Source of the DNA: Alphaproteobacteria bacterium
GTDB lineage: Bacteria; Pseudomonadota; Alphaproteobacteria; Bin95
Direction: 5' to 3'
DNA: 64,000 nt
NCBI GenBank assembly: GCA_965205265.1
Contig: CBDBGH010000003.1
Location: forward strand, 3,040,001-3,104,000
The stretch's first letter is position 1, and each line of letters opens with the position of its first letter. This document shows positions 9,331 to 22,479 of the stretch, piece after piece. The notes under the pieces are model-generated. The model worked only from the letters and a program-made list of their open reading frames with translations, searched no databases and was not told the DNA's origin. The position numbers were made by a program, and so were the translations under genes.

Positions 9331-9771
9331 CTACTGGGCCCCGGCCGGCTGGCTGAAGCGGCCGACATTGCCGAGGATCTGTTCCAGAATGGTGATCGAA
9401 TGGCCGGCCGTTGGCGTCTCGCGGCTGATCAGCACGACCTCGCGGCCGCTTTTTGCGTCCTTCGTCCCGATCTCGGACAGCAGGCCGCCGTCGTCGAAGC
9501 GCAGAATGAGGATATGGCGCTCGATCAGCTCGGGGTCAAAGAACGCCTCGCGCCAGGTCGTCTCGCCGATATAGTACCAGGTGTTGTCGTCCAGGGCGGC
9601 CGTGCTGGAGGGCGACCCGAGCGCCTGCAGCACCTCGTCGCGGGTCGCCGTGCCCGAGGCGAGCTTCTCCACCGCCTGTTTCGGCACCACATAGCCGCGA
9701 TGGTCTATCGCGGGCGTGCAGCCGGCAAGCACGAGGCCAAGCGCGACAAGCATGGCGGCAATCCGTATCAT
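9331..9771 (-). CDS. bamE: Outer membrane assembly lipoprotein BamE/OmlA
   Basis: Lipobox LAGC, HRGY, LGSPS, WYYI; synteny with cbp3-yceD. Confidence 0.92.
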   Translation of the reverse strand: MIRIAAMLVALGLVLAGCTPAIDHRGYVVPKQAVEKLASGTATRDEVLQALGSPSSTAALDDNTWYYIGETTWREAFFDPELIERHILILRFDDGGLLSEIGTKDAKSGREVVLISRETPTAGHSITILEQILGNVGRFSQPAGAQ

Positions 9772-9807
9772 GGGCAGCGCTTTCCCGCTCCGGAGTTCCG
9801 CTTCTTG

Positions 9808-10371
9808 ATGGCGAGACGAGGCCCCGCTGTCAATCTCGGCGCGCTGAAACGCCTGTTTTTCAGGCCGCAGCCCGCGGATGCAGCGTGGCAACTCTACCGC
9901 GCGGCCGTCGATGCGGCGCGCCGGCCGGCGGTCATGCTGGCGCTCGGCGTGCCGGACACGCTGGACGGGCGGTTCGAGCTGGTGACCCTGCATGCCGCGC
10001 TGCTGCTCAGGCGCCTGCAGCGGGCCCCGGCGCTGGCGGGGCTGGGCCAGGGGCTGGTCGATCTCTTCGTTGCGGACATGGACCAAAGCCTGCGGGAGAT
10101 GGGCGCGGGCGACCTCTCGGTCGGCCGCAAGGTGAAGCGGATGGCGTCGGCCTTTTACGGCCGGCTGGACGCCTATAGCGACGGGCTCGACCGGGGCGGC
10201 GACCTCGCGGCCGCGGCGGAGCGCAACCTCTACGGCACCTTGGAGGCCGCGCCCGGCCAGGCGGAGCGCGCGGCGGCCTATATCCGCGCGGTCGAGGCGG
10301 CGCTGGCCGCTGAGGAGGACGCCCGGCTTGCCGCCGGCGAGGTTTCGTTCCCGGACACCCCGCCATGCTGA
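9808..10371 (+). CDS. Ubiquinol-cytochrome c chaperone (Cbp3 family)
   Basis: GVPDTLDGRFE..LH, DMDQSLREMGAGDLSVGRKVKRMASAFYGR. Confidence 0.92.
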   Translation: MARRGPAVNLGALKRLFFRPQPADAAWQLYRAAVDAARRPAVMLALGVPDTLDGRFELVTLHAALLLRRLQRAPALAGLGQGLVDLFVADMDQSLREMGAGDLSVGRKVKRMASAFYGRLDAYSDGLDRGGDLAAAAERNLYGTLEAAPGQAERAAAYIRAVEAALAAEEDARLAAGEVSFPDTPPC

Positions 10372-10874
10372 CCTTGCGCATCCTCCGCCCCGAGACCGAG
10401 ACACGTATCGAGGCGCGCGCGACGGAGGCGGAATGCCGGGCGCTCGCGGGGCTGTTCGACCTGCCGGCGGTGCATGCCGTCGAGGCGGTCTTTGCCGTCC
10501 GGCCGCTGCCCGGGGGCGGGCTCGAACTGGAAGGCCGGGTGGCGGCCCGGCTGCGGCGGCTCTGCGTGGTGACGGCGGAGCTCTTCGACGAGGACTTCGC
10601 CGAGCCGGAAACGCGGCGCTACCTGCCGGGGCCGGTCGAGGCGGAGGAGGGCGAGATCGAGGTCGCCGCGCTGGAGGAGGACGCGCCCGAGCCGCTGCCG
10701 CCGGAGGGCGTCGATCTGATGGAGCTGGTGTCGGAGGTGCTGGCGCTCGGCCTCGACCCGCATCCCCGCGCCCCCGGCGCCGACATCGCCGAGCTCGAAT
10801 ACGACCCGGAGGCAGACGAGGAGCCGGCAGGCCCCTTCGCCGCGCTAGCCGCGATAAGGGAACGGGACGGATGA
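10365..10874 (+). CDS. yceD: YceD/DUF177 family protein
   Basis: CVVT, DLMELVSEVLALGLDPHPR, GPFAALA; synteny. Confidence 0.85.
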   Translation: MLTLRILRPETETRIEARATEAECRALAGLFDLPAVHAVEAVFAVRPLPGGGLELEGRVAARLRRLCVVTAELFDEDFAEPETRRYLPGPVEAEEGEIEVAALEEDAPEPLPPEGVDLMELVSEVLALGLDPHPRAPGADIAELEYDPEADEEPAGPFAALAAIRERDG

Positions 10875-10884
10875 GGACGCAGCA

Positions 10885-12615
10885 ATGCTGACGAAACTCA
10901 CGGTCCGCAATTTCAAGCGGTTCGAGGACGTCGAGATCGAGCTCGGCAATCCGGTGGTGTTCGTCGGCCCGAACAATTCCGGCAAGACGACGGCGATGCA
11001 GGCGCTCGCGCTCTGGGATGCGGGTTTGAAGCAGTGGCTGGCCAAGCGCTCCGGACGGACGGCGCCCGAGAAACGCCCCGGCGTCACGGTCAACCGCCGC
11101 GACCTGACGGCCATCCCGGTCCCCAGGGCCAACATGCTCTGGCACGGGCTGCATACACGGCGCGTCGAGCGCGGCGAGGACGGTAATCAGCGCACCGACA
11201 ATATCCGCATCGACGCGATCGTCGAGGGCGTTACCGAGGACCGGCATTGGGCCTGCGGCCTCGAATTCGACTATGCCAATGAGGAATCCTTCTATTGCCG
11301 CCCGCTGCGGACCGGCGGGGGCGGGCGGATGCCTGTGCCCTCAGAGGCCGGAAAGACGCAGATCGCCTTCCTGCCACCGATGTCCGGGCTTTCCGCAACG
11401 GAAATCCTTCTGCCCGACGGCGCGGTCAAGGTGCGCATCGGCGAGGGGCGCACCGCCGAAGTGCTGCGGAACCTCTGCTACGCCATTTCCAGCGACACGG
11501 ACCGGCCCGGACTTTGGGAAGGGCTGGTCGCGCAGATCGACCGGCTGTTCGGCGTCCGGCTCGAAGAGCCTCGCCACGCGCCGCAGCGGGGCGAGATTGA
11601 GATGGCCTACAGGGAAAACGGCGTTCTGCTCGACCTCTCCTCCAGCGGGCGGGGTTTGCAGCAGACGCTGCTGATCATGGCCTATCTCTGCGCCAATCCC
11701 GGCAATGTGCTGCTGCTGGACGAACCGGACGCGCATCTGGAGATACTTCGCCAGCGCGAGATCTACCGCCTGCTCTCGGAGACGGCCGCGCAGAGCGGCA
11801 GCCAGGTCATCGCCGCAAGCCATTCGGAAGTGCTGCTCAACGAAGCCGCCGGGCGGGACCTGGTTGTCGCCTTTGTCCGTCGGCCGCGAACGATCGGGGA
11901 CAGGGGGAGCCAACTCTACAAGGCGCTCGCCGAAATCGGATGGGATCACTATTCGCAGGCGGACCAAAAGGGCTGGGTGCTTTATCTGGAAGGCTCCACC
12001 GATCTGGCGGTTCTCCAAGCCGTTGCAATGCGTCTGGGCCATGAAGGCGCCATAGAAGCGCTGCAGCGGCCGTTCGTCCATTATTGCGGCAACGAGCTAC
12101 GCAGGGTGCGCGAACATTTCTACGGCCTTGCCGACGCCGTGCCGAAACTGCAGGGCCTCGCCCTGTTCGACCGGCTGGAGAGCGCACAATCCGGCGAAGG
12201 CAGCCTTCGCATCGTCGATTGGCGTAAACGGGAAATTGAAAATTATCTCTGCACGCCGACGACCCTGGAGGCATGGGCAGCTGCGTCCGCACCGAACGAA
12301 TGGAGCGGGCCGTTATTCACCGCAGCGCAGGCTGAAAGACGGGTGCAGGCGATGCGCGAGGCTATCGAAGAAACCTCCGATGCATTGCGAAGGTTGAACA
12401 GGGGGTCGCCCTGGGATGGAGATATGAAGGTGAGCGACGAGTTTTTGCCACCGCTTTTCGGCAGCTATTTCGAGAAATTAAACCTGCCCAACCTGATGCG
12501 GAAGAAGAATTTCCACGAGCTTGCCGACCATGTCCCCGACAGCGAGATCGACCCGGAAATCCGGGAGAAACTGGACGCCATCGCGCAGGTGGCGGAAAGC
12601 GCCGGGCAGTCATGA
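10885..12615 (+). CDS. ABC-type ATPase with TOPRIM-like C-terminal domain (OLD-like)
   Basis: RNFKRF, Walker A GPNNSGKT, signature SSGRG, Walker B LLLDEPDAHL, SHS switch, LEGSTD, REIENYL. Confidence 0.8.
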   Translation: MLTKLTVRNFKRFEDVEIELGNPVVFVGPNNSGKTTAMQALALWDAGLKQWLAKRSGRTAPEKRPGVTVNRRDLTAIPVPRANMLWHGLHTRRVERGEDGNQRTDNIRIDAIVEGVTEDRHWACGLEFDYANEESFYCRPLRTGGGGRMPVPSEAGKTQIAFLPPMSGLSATEILLPDGAVKVRIGEGRTAEVLRNLCYAISSDTDRPGLWEGLVAQIDRLFGVRLEEPRHAPQRGEIEMAYRENGVLLDLSSSGRGLQQTLLIMAYLCANPGNVLLLDEPDAHLEILRQREIYRLLSETAAQSGSQVIAASHSEVLLNEAAGRDLVVAFVRRPRTIGDRGSQLYKALAEIGWDHYSQADQKGWVLYLEGSTDLAVLQAVAMRLGHEGAIEALQRPFVHYCGNELRRVREHFYGLADAVPKLQGLALFDRLESAQSGEGSLRIVDWRKREIENYLCTPTTLEAWAAASAPNEWSGPLFTAAQAERRVQAMREAIEETSDALRRLNRGSPWDGDMKVSDEFLPPLFGSYFEKLNLPNLMRKKNFHELADHVPDSEIDPEIREKLDAIAQVAESAGQS

Positions 12616-13016
12616 AGGCCGAAGAAGTGGTCCGGCGGCTTCGGCTGGAGCCGCATCCGGAGGGAGGCTTCTACCGGGAGATTTACCGCGCGCCCGGGGA
12701 GGGGCGGACGGCCGTCACCTCCATCTACTTCCTGCTGGAGGGCGGGCCGTCGCGCTGGCACCGGGTCGATGCGCCGGAAATCTGGGCCTGGCACGGGGGC
12801 GCGCCGCTGGTGCTGGAGACGGAATCGGGCCGCGTGACGCTCGGGCCGCTGGAAGAGGGTCACGAACTCCAGGCGGTCGTGCCGGCGCATGAATGGCAGC
12901 GCTGCCGGTCCTTCGGCGCCTGGAGCCTCGCCGGCTGCATCGTCGCGCCTGCCTTCACCTTCGAGGGCTTCGAAATCGCCCCGCCCGGCTGGGAGCCGCC
13001 GGGCTCAGGCCTCTGA
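12612..13016 (+). CDS. Cupin, DUF985 family
   Basis: LEPHPEGGFYRE, TSIYFLL, WHRV..EIW.WH.G, CIVAPAF.FEGFE. Confidence 0.9.
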   Translation: MKAEEVVRRLRLEPHPEGGFYREIYRAPGEGRTAVTSIYFLLEGGPSRWHRVDAPEIWAWHGGAPLVLETESGRVTLGPLEEGHELQAVVPAHEWQRCRSFGAWSLAGCIVAPAFTFEGFEIAPPGWEPPGSGL

Positions 13017-13331
13017 GTCGGTCAGCAGCATGAGGCCGCCGGCGCCGACCACGATCATCGCGATCAGGCCCGCCTTCAGGAGGCTCATCTTCTCGCCGAA
13101 CAGGACGACGCCCGCCAGCACGACCAGCGCCGTGCCGACGCCCGACCAGATAGCGTAGGCGGCGCCGACCGGAATCGCCCGGAGCGCGAGCGCCAGGAAG
13201 AAGAAGCACACGCCGTAGGCGAGCATGGAAAGACCGCCGATCCCGACCCGCTCGAAGCCGTGGGAAAGCTTCAGCAGGCCGGTGCCGACGGTCTCCAGCA
13301 GGATGGCGAGCGCCAGATACGCCCAGGCCAT
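13005..13331 (-). CDS. SMR/DMT small multidrug efflux protein
   Basis: Glu in TM1 (AILLETVGT), AYAIWSGVG, four TM segments. Confidence 0.92.
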   Translation of the reverse strand: MAWAYLALAILLETVGTGLLKLSHGFERVGIGGLSMLAYGVCFFFLALALRAIPVGAAYAIWSGVGTALVVLAGVVLFGEKMSLLKAGLIAMIVVGAGGLMLLTDSEA

Positions 13332-13344
13332 CCCCTTTGTCTCC

Positions 13345-14142
13345 TTATCCGCAGGCGGTTACGGCCCGGCGGGCCATGACGCCGACCAGATGCGCGCGGT
13401 ATTCCGCCGAGGCGTGGATGTCCTCGTTCAGGTCGTCGGCCGAGGCGGTCATGCCATCGAGCGCGGAGGCTGAGAAGTTCCCTTCCAGCGCCGCTTCCAT
13501 CGCCGTCTCGCGATAGACGCTTGCGGCCGCGCCGGTGACAGCGACGCGCACGCCGCCGCCGGTCGTCCGGGCGACGAACACGCCGACGATGGCGTAGCGC
13601 GAGGCCGGGTTCGGGAACTTCATGTAGGCCGCCGTCTCCGGCGCCGGGAAGCGCACGGAGGTCACGATCTCGCCGTCTTCCAGCGCGGTCTCGAACATAC
13701 CGGTGAAGAAGTCGTCGGCCGCGATCTCGCGCCGGTCGGTGCAGACGGTCGCGCCGAGGCCGACCAGGGCTGCCGGATAGTCGGCGGCGGGGTCGTTGTT
13801 GGCGATCGAGCCGCCGATGGTGCCGCGGTTGCGGACCTGCGGGTCGCCGATATGGCCGGCAACGGCCGCCAGCGCCGGGATCGCCGCCGCCACCTCGGAG
13901 GAGTTGGCGACCGTATCGTGCGTGGTCATCGCGCCCACCGTAACCGCGCCGCCGGACACCTGGATGCCGCTCAGCCCGGCGATGCCGCCGAGATCGACCA
14001 CGTCGGAGGGCTGCGCGAGACGCTGCTTCAGGGTCGGCAGCAGGGTCATGCCGCCGGCCATCAGCACCGCGTCCTCTCCGGCGGCGGCTTTGGCGGCGGC
14101 GTCCGCAACCGAACTCGCCGCGTGATAGGTGAAGTCATGCAT
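13345..14142 (-). CDS. coxM: Molybdo-flavoenzyme FAD subunit (CoxM-like)
   Basis: AGGMTL, QVRNRGTIGGS, DPAAD. Confidence 0.88.
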   Translation of the reverse strand: MHDFTYHAASSVADAAAKAAAGEDAVLMAGGMTLLPTLKQRLAQPSDVVDLGGIAGLSGIQVSGGAVTVGAMTTHDTVANSSEVAAAIPALAAVAGHIGDPQVRNRGTIGGSIANNDPAADYPAALVGLGATVCTDRREIAADDFFTGMFETALEDGEIVTSVRFPAPETAAYMKFPNPASRYAIVGVFVARTTGGGVRVAVTGAAASVYRETAMEAALEGNFSASALDGMTASADDLNEDIHASAEYRAHLVGVMARRAVTACG

Positions 14143-14187
14143 GGGAAGGAGACTCCTTTGGCTCAGGCGTCGGCGCCTGCAGAGGAC

Positions 14188-16542
<2,355 letters not shown>

Positions 16543-16545
16543 GGG

Positions 16546-17025
<480 letters not shown>

Positions 17026-17184
17026 GGGAACGCATCCTCCTGGAGTTCCTGAGCGCGAGTGTTGTCCCGACATGGCGGCCGGGTCAAGCAGCATTAGCGC
17101 GCGGGCGCGGGGCGGGCGCAGTTTCCCGGACCTCACAATCCGGCTTTGATTTCCGCGCCGCCCCCGGATAAGCCGGGAGCCGCT

Positions 17185-18479
17185 ATGCGATGCTTTTACA
17201 TGCAGGCTTTCGGCGCGTTGCTTGCGCTCGCTGCGGGCGTCGCAATGCCGCCCGGCTCGGCCGCCGACGCCAACCGGACCGAGGCCGAATGGCTGCGGCT
17301 TGCCGTCGAGCGGCTGTGTCCGGAGCCGGGACTCACCGGCCTCGACGCGCAGGACGCCTTGTCCGGCAGCTGGCTGCTGAACGAGACCCGACGGCCCGAG
17401 AGCGGGAACCCCCGGCGAATTGTGGTGCGCCTGCTGCTGCCGGGGGCGGGTGAACTCACTGTCGAGCGGCGGCAATTCGGCGGCAGGCTGCGCCAATTCC
17501 TGGTTTCCTATGCCGCGCATGACGGCGAAGACGCTCGGCCATCCCTCCAGGCTATCGCCGACGGGAGCTGCGCGATCCGGTCCGGGCGCGCGATCCGGCG
17601 GGAGGACGGTGGCCGGCACTATCTCGACCAGCTGGAAAGCGACCTCCGGACGCTGAAATGGACCGAGACCCTGCAGGCCCCGTGGCCCGCAGGCGAAGAC
17701 CCCGGCGGCGTCCGGGTCGCACTCGTGGACTCGGGGCTGGCCTACGACCTGCCGCTGTTCCGCGACCGGCTGGCCCGTGACGGCGAGGGCATGCCGCTCG
17801 GCTACGACTTCTGGGACCTCGATCCCTGGCCCTATGACGGGGACACCGCGCGCGGCCCCTTCCTCCCGATCCGCCACGGCACGGCGGTCGCATCGGTGCT
17901 CGCGCGGGAGGCGCCGGACGCAGCCCTCATTCCGTTCCGCTATCCCCGCCCCGACATGACCCGCATGGCCGCGCTGGTCCGCCGCGCGGCCGAGGCGGGC
18001 GCCCGCATCCTCGCCATGCCGCTCGGCAGCCGCAATCCGGAGGACTGGCGCGGGTTCGAAAATGCGCTCGCCAGGCACGATATTCTGGCCGTCGTCTCGG
18101 CGGGGAATAACGGCCGCGACATCGACAGGGACCCGGTCTATCCGGCCTCATCCGCGCTCGAAAACATCCTCGTCGTCACATCGGCGGACGGCTTCGGGCG
18201 CCTCGCCGGGGGTCGAACTGGGGCCGGGAGAGCGTGGATGTCATGCTGCCGGCGGAGAATGTCGGGATCGTCGATTTTCGCGGCGCTTCGGGGACGGCTT
18301 CCGGCTCCAGCTACGCGGTTCCGCGCCTTGCCGCCCTTGCCGCGAGGCTGCTGGCGCGGGAGCCGGGACTGACTGCGGCCCGGCTCAAGGCGCGCATCCT
18401 GACGCGCGCAACGCCGTCTCCCTATGAACGGGAGGGCGTCGTGGCCGCCGGCTGGATTCCGGACCCGCTCGCGGATTGA
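17185..18479 (+). CDS. Secreted S8 subtilisin-like protease, frameshifted at the G5 run 18208-18212
   Basis: Signal peptide; Asp (LVDSG), His (HGTAVAS), oxyanion Asn (SAGNN); Ser motif (SGSSYAVP) lies in another frame and one added G restores GSNWG..VDV. Confidence 0.8.
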
Positions 18480-18489
18480 CCCGCGCTGG

Positions 18490-20535
18490 CTACCGGCGCC
18501 CCGGCGCGGGCGGGGCCGCGTCGATGAAGCGCCGGGCGGCCTCGGCCTGGCGCGGATCGGCCTTCCTGAGCGCCCGGTAAGCTTCCTCGGCCAGTTCCGG
18601 CGCACCGCCCCAGACACCGGACTGTATGGCGAACCGCAGGGCCTGCGGGTCCTCGGGCGCCATGCCCATCAGCCGGCGCGCATGGCCCGTCATCTCCTCG
18701 AAGCGCCCGCCGAGCTGCAGCGACACCAGCAGCGAAATCCGCGCATTGATCGAGTTCGGAACCTGCCGGGCTGCCTGGCCGTGCAAAGCGATGGCGCGGT
18801 CGAAATCGCCGGCCCGCGCCAGCAGCCGGCCGGCTTCCAGCAACTGGCCATGGTTCCGCGCCGCAGCGCAGGCCCCGGCCAGCCCGTCGCGGCCGGCCTC
18901 GGTTGCCGCACGGCCCCGGAATGCGTCCAATCCGGCCGCGCAGGCCGAAAAGACCGCCCCCAGCCGGCGCGTGACCTCGGCGGCCGCAGGGTGCGCGCGC
19001 AAGGCAAGGAGCGCGCGAATGCTTTCCACCGGCATCGCCTCGAACCGCCCGTCGCCGCCGCCGACGGCAATCCCCGCCAACCGGCCGGCCGCGTCCACCA
19101 GCGCGCCGCCGCTGACGCCGGGCTGCATGCGCGCGCGAATGTGCAGCCGCCCGAGCGCCGCGCCCTTGGCAGGCCCTGCGATCAGCCCGCCGGGCTCGAA
19201 GACGCGCACCTCCTTCCGGGCTATATCGACGCCGACGGCGTAGAACTCGCCGCCGCCCGGGACTTCGCCTTCGAGGCCGGGGATGAACCCGTCCGACGGC
19301 AGCCCCGGGACTTCCAGCAACGCGAGGTCGCCGGCATAGGCCGAGGGGACCACCCTCGCCTCCCTCGGCCCGCCCGGTGTGTGGACGACCGCGTCCGGCC
19401 GGTCCGCCAGCACATGCCGGTTGGTGACGAGCAGCGCCGGTCCGATCCGCGTTGCGCTTGCGGCCGGATCGAAGCCCGAGACCGGGAAGACCGCCTGCCG
19501 GACGCGGCAGACCGGCGCCGGATGGGGGCAGTCCGCCAGCGCTTCGGACGTCTCTGGCGCGGCGGCCGCCTCTGGCGCGGCATCGAAGGAGAACGGGACG
19601 ACGTGCCCCTGCCCGCCGCGCAGCAATGCGATGTCCACCGGCGTGGCGGGATCGCGGAGGACGGCGAAGGCGGCAATGGCGTCGCGCGGCGTGCGCACCC
19701 GGCGCGCGCCGATTTTCACGATCCTGTCGCCGGGCCGGATGCCCGCCCTGTCTGCCGGGCCGCCCTCGCCGACCGCATCGACCACCGGGGCGGCCACCTC
19801 GGCCAGCCGGTCGCGCCCGGCGGCCTCCAGCCTCCAGCCCGGTGAGGGGTACGCAACCTTGCCATCGGCAAGCAGCGCCTCGACGACGCGCAGGAGCAGG
19901 TCGGTCGAAACGGCGAAGTTGATGCCGATATCGGTGTCGCCGGCAGAGGCGAAGATCGCCGACATCATGCCGACAAGGCGGCCCTGCCGGTCCACCAGCG
20001 CGCCGCCGGAACTGCCCGGATTGGCGGCCGCGTCCGTCTGGACGAAGTCCTCCACGGGGTTGAAGCCTGCATCCGTCACATTCAGTGCGGAGACCACGCC
20101 GCATGTCACCGAAAGGCCGAGGCCGTAAGCATTGGCGATGGCGCATACCGGCTGCGCAAGCTGCGGGGCGGGCGCGATGGCGACGGGCGGCAGGCGGGCA
20201 TCGACGCGCAGGAGCGCGATGTCGCTCGCGGCGTCCTTCGCGGCCAACTGCGCCGGCAGGATGCGGCCGTCGGAGAGCCGGACATCGATCCGCCGGGCCG
20301 GCTCCACTACATGCCAGGCCGTCGCGATCGTCCCGGGCCGCAGCACCACGCCGCTGCCTTCCGGCGCCACCCCCGGACGCCGGCCCGCACCGCCCTGCGG
20401 CCGCCCCGGCCACACGGGCAGCACGGAGACGACCGACTCCAGCACCTCTGCCGGCAGCGCACCTGCCGGGACCGGTTGTGCGCCGGCGAACGCCAGCAGC
20501 AGCACCGTCGCCAGGAGGCATTTTCGGAAGGACAT
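18490..20535 (-). CDS. Secreted protease: trypsin-PDZ-trypsin-TPR
   Basis: Domain 1 TAWHV/DIALL/NPGSSGG; PDZ GPADRAGIRPGDRI; domain 2 TNRHV/DLALL/PGVSGG; helical TPR-like C-terminus. Confidence 0.8.
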   Translation of the reverse strand: MSFRKCLLATVLLLAFAGAQPVPAGALPAEVLESVVSVLPVWPGRPQGGAGRRPGVAPEGSGVVLRPGTIATAWHVVEPARRIDVRLSDGRILPAQLAAKDAASDIALLRVDARLPPVAIAPAPQLAQPVCAIANAYGLGLSVTCGVVSALNVTDAGFNPVEDFVQTDAAANPGSSGGALVDRQGRLVGMMSAIFASAGDTDIGINFAVSTDLLLRVVEALLADGKVAYPSPGWRLEAAGRDRLAEVAAPVVDAVGEGGPADRAGIRPGDRIVKIGARRVRTPRDAIAAFAVLRDPATPVDIALLRGGQGHVVPFSFDAAPEAAAAPETSEALADCPHPAPVCRVRQAVFPVSGFDPAASATRIGPALLVTNRHVLADRPDAVVHTPGGPREARVVPSAYAGDLALLEVPGLPSDGFIPGLEGEVPGGGEFYAVGVDIARKEVRVFEPGGLIAGPAKGAALGRLHIRARMQPGVSGGALVDAAGRLAGIAVGGGDGRFEAMPVESIRALLALRAHPAAAEVTRRLGAVFSACAAGLDAFRGRAATEAGRDGLAGACAAARNHGQLLEAGRLLARAGDFDRAIALHGQAARQVPNSINARISLLVSLQLGGRFEEMTGHARRLMGMAPEDPQALRFAIQSGVWGGAPELAEEAYRALRKADPRQAEAARRFIDAAPPAPGRR

Positions 20536-21650
20536 CAGGCGTCTCCGCCGGCCGGCCCGCCCTCGAACCTGCGGCGCCATTCCTCGAAGCGGCCCTGCTC
20601 GATGGCGGTGCGGATTTCGGCCATCAGGGCCTGGTAGAAGGCGGTGTTGTGCCAGCTCAGCAGGGTCGCGCCCAGCATTTCGCGCGACTTGACGAGATGG
20701 TGCAGATAGGCGCGGCTGAACTCGCGGCTCGCCGGGCAATCGACGCGCGCATCCAGCGGCGCGGGATCCTCGGCATGACAGGCATTGCGCAGGTTGAGCG
20801 GCCCCTCCCAAGTCCAGGCCTGCGCCGTGCGGCCGGACCGGGTCGGCAGCACGCAGTCGAACAGGTCTATGCCGCGCGCCACCGCGCCCACGATGTCCGC
20901 CGGCTTGCCCACGCCCATCAGGTAGCGCGGCCGGTCCGCCGGCAGGGCATCGGGGACGGTGTCGAGGACGGAGAACATCGCCGCCTGTCCCTCCCCGACC
21001 GCGAGGCCGCCGACCGCATAGCCGTCGAAGCCCATGCCCACGAGAGTCCCGGCCGACTCCGCGCGCAGGTCGTCATGCACGCCGCCCTGCACGATGCCGA
21101 ACAGGCCGTAGCCGGGCCGGTCCCGGAAGGCGGCCCGGCAGCGTTCGGCCCAGCGCATCGACCGGCGCATGGACGCGGCGGCACCGTCCTTGTCGATAGG
21201 CCAGGGCGTGCATTCGTCGAGCGCCATGGTCACATCGGCGTCGAGCAGGTATTGCGCCTCGACCGCGCGCTCGGGCGTGAGTTCGAGGCGCGCGCCGTCG
21301 ATATGGCTGCGGAAGCGCACCCCGTCCTCCCCGACCCTGGCGAGGCCGCCGAGCGACATGGCCTGGTAGCCGCCGGAATCGGTCAGGATCGGCCCCGGCC
21401 AGCGCATGAAGGCGTGCAGGCCGCCGAGGCGCGCCACCCGTTCCGCGCCGGGGCGGAGCACGAGGTGGTAGGTGTTGGCAAGCACCATCTGGGCGCCGGT
21501 TTCCGCCACCATGGCCGGGGTGAGCGCCTTGACGGTGGCGGCCGTGCCGACCGGCATGAAGGCGGGCGTCTCGACCGGGCCGTGCGCCGTCTGGAGCCGC
21601 CCGCGCCGCGCGCGCCCGTCAGTGCCCGTCAGCGCGAAGCCGAGCGCCAT
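20535..21650 (-). CDS. tgt: tRNA-guanine transglycosylase
   Basis: [40 protein letters not shown]. Confidence 0.97.
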   Translation of the reverse strand: MALGFALTGTDGRARRGRLQTAHGPVETPAFMPVGTAATVKALTPAMVAETGAQMVLANTYHLVLRPGAERVARLGGLHAFMRWPGPILTDSGGYQAMSLGGLARVGEDGVRFRSHIDGARLELTPERAVEAQYLLDADVTMALDECTPWPIDKDGAAASMRRSMRWAERCRAAFRDRPGYGLFGIVQGGVHDDLRAESAGTLVGMGFDGYAVGGLAVGEGQAAMFSVLDTVPDALPADRPRYLMGVGKPADIVGAVARGIDLFDCVLPTRSGRTAQAWTWEGPLNLRNACHAEDPAPLDARVDCPASREFSRAYLHHLVKSREMLGATLLSWHNTAFYQALMAEIRTAIEQGRFEEWRRRFEGGPAGGDA

Positions 21651-21651
21651 C

Positions 21652-22479
21652 TTACCCTTCGGCCTCGGCTTCCTCTTCCGCCTCCGCTTCGGCTTCCGCG
21701 CGGGCCCGGCGGCGCTCGATGCCGCGCGCGAGCGCGATCGAGATTTCGTAGAGCACGAGGCCCGGGAGCGCGAGGCCGACCTGGCTGATGATATCGGGCG
21801 GCGTCAGCACCGCCGCCGTCAGGAACACGACCACGATGGCGTATTTGCGCCCGCGGGCCAGCTGGTCGGCGGTGACGATGCCCGCGCGCGCGACCAGGGT
21901 GAGCCCGACAGGCATCTGGAAGAACAGCCCGAAGGCGAACATGAGCTTGATGACCAGCGAGAGATACTCCGAGACCTTGGCCTCGAGCTGGATCGGCAGC
22001 GTGCCGGCCTCGCCCTCCGCCCCCGGCGCGCCGGGCGTCTCGAAGGTCAGGAAGAACTCCCAGGCAAGCGGCATAACCGCGTAATAGACCATCGCCCCGC
22101 CGGCGAAGAACAGCACCGGCGTCGCCACGAGATAGGGCAGGAAAGCCTGTTTCTCGCGGCGGTAGAGGCCCGGCGCGACAAAGCGCCAGAGCTGGTTCGA
22201 GATCACCGGGAAGGAGATGAACAGCCCGGCATAGATGCCGATCTTGATATAGACGAAGAAGGGCTCGTAGAGGGCGGTGAAGATCATCCGCCGCCCGGCC
22301 TCGTCGCCGAGCGCGCGGGCGAGCGGCGCGGTCAGGAACTCGAAGATATAGCTTGCGACCGAGACGCAGACGATGAACCCCACCAGGAGGGCGATAACGG
22401 AATAGACCAGCCGGTTGCGCAGCTCGATGATGTGGTCGAGCAGCGGGGCTTCTTTGTCTTCTTCCGCCCCCTGGTTCAC
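21652..22479 (-). CDS. tatC: Tat translocase TatC
   Basis: [25 protein letters not shown]. Confidence 0.97.
   Translation of the reverse strand: MNQGAEEDKEAPLLDHIIELRNRLVYSVIALLVGFIVCVSVASYIFEFLTAPLARALGDEAGRRMIFTALYEPFFVYIKIGIYAGLFISFPVISNQLWRFVAPGLYRREKQAFLPYLVATPVLFFAGGAMVYYAVMPLAWEFFLTFETPGAPGAEGEAGTLPIQLEAKVSEYLSLVIKLMFAFGLFFQMPVGLTLVARAGIVTADQLARGRKYAIVVVFLTAAVLTPPDIISQVGLALPGLVLYEISIALARGIERRRARAEAEAEAEEEAEAEG

Noticed and set aside
20700-20760. Tgt with only one Cys in the zinc site (VDCPASREF)
   Set aside because: As I recall, such reduced motifs are common in alphaproteobacterial Tgt; the catalytic motifs are intact
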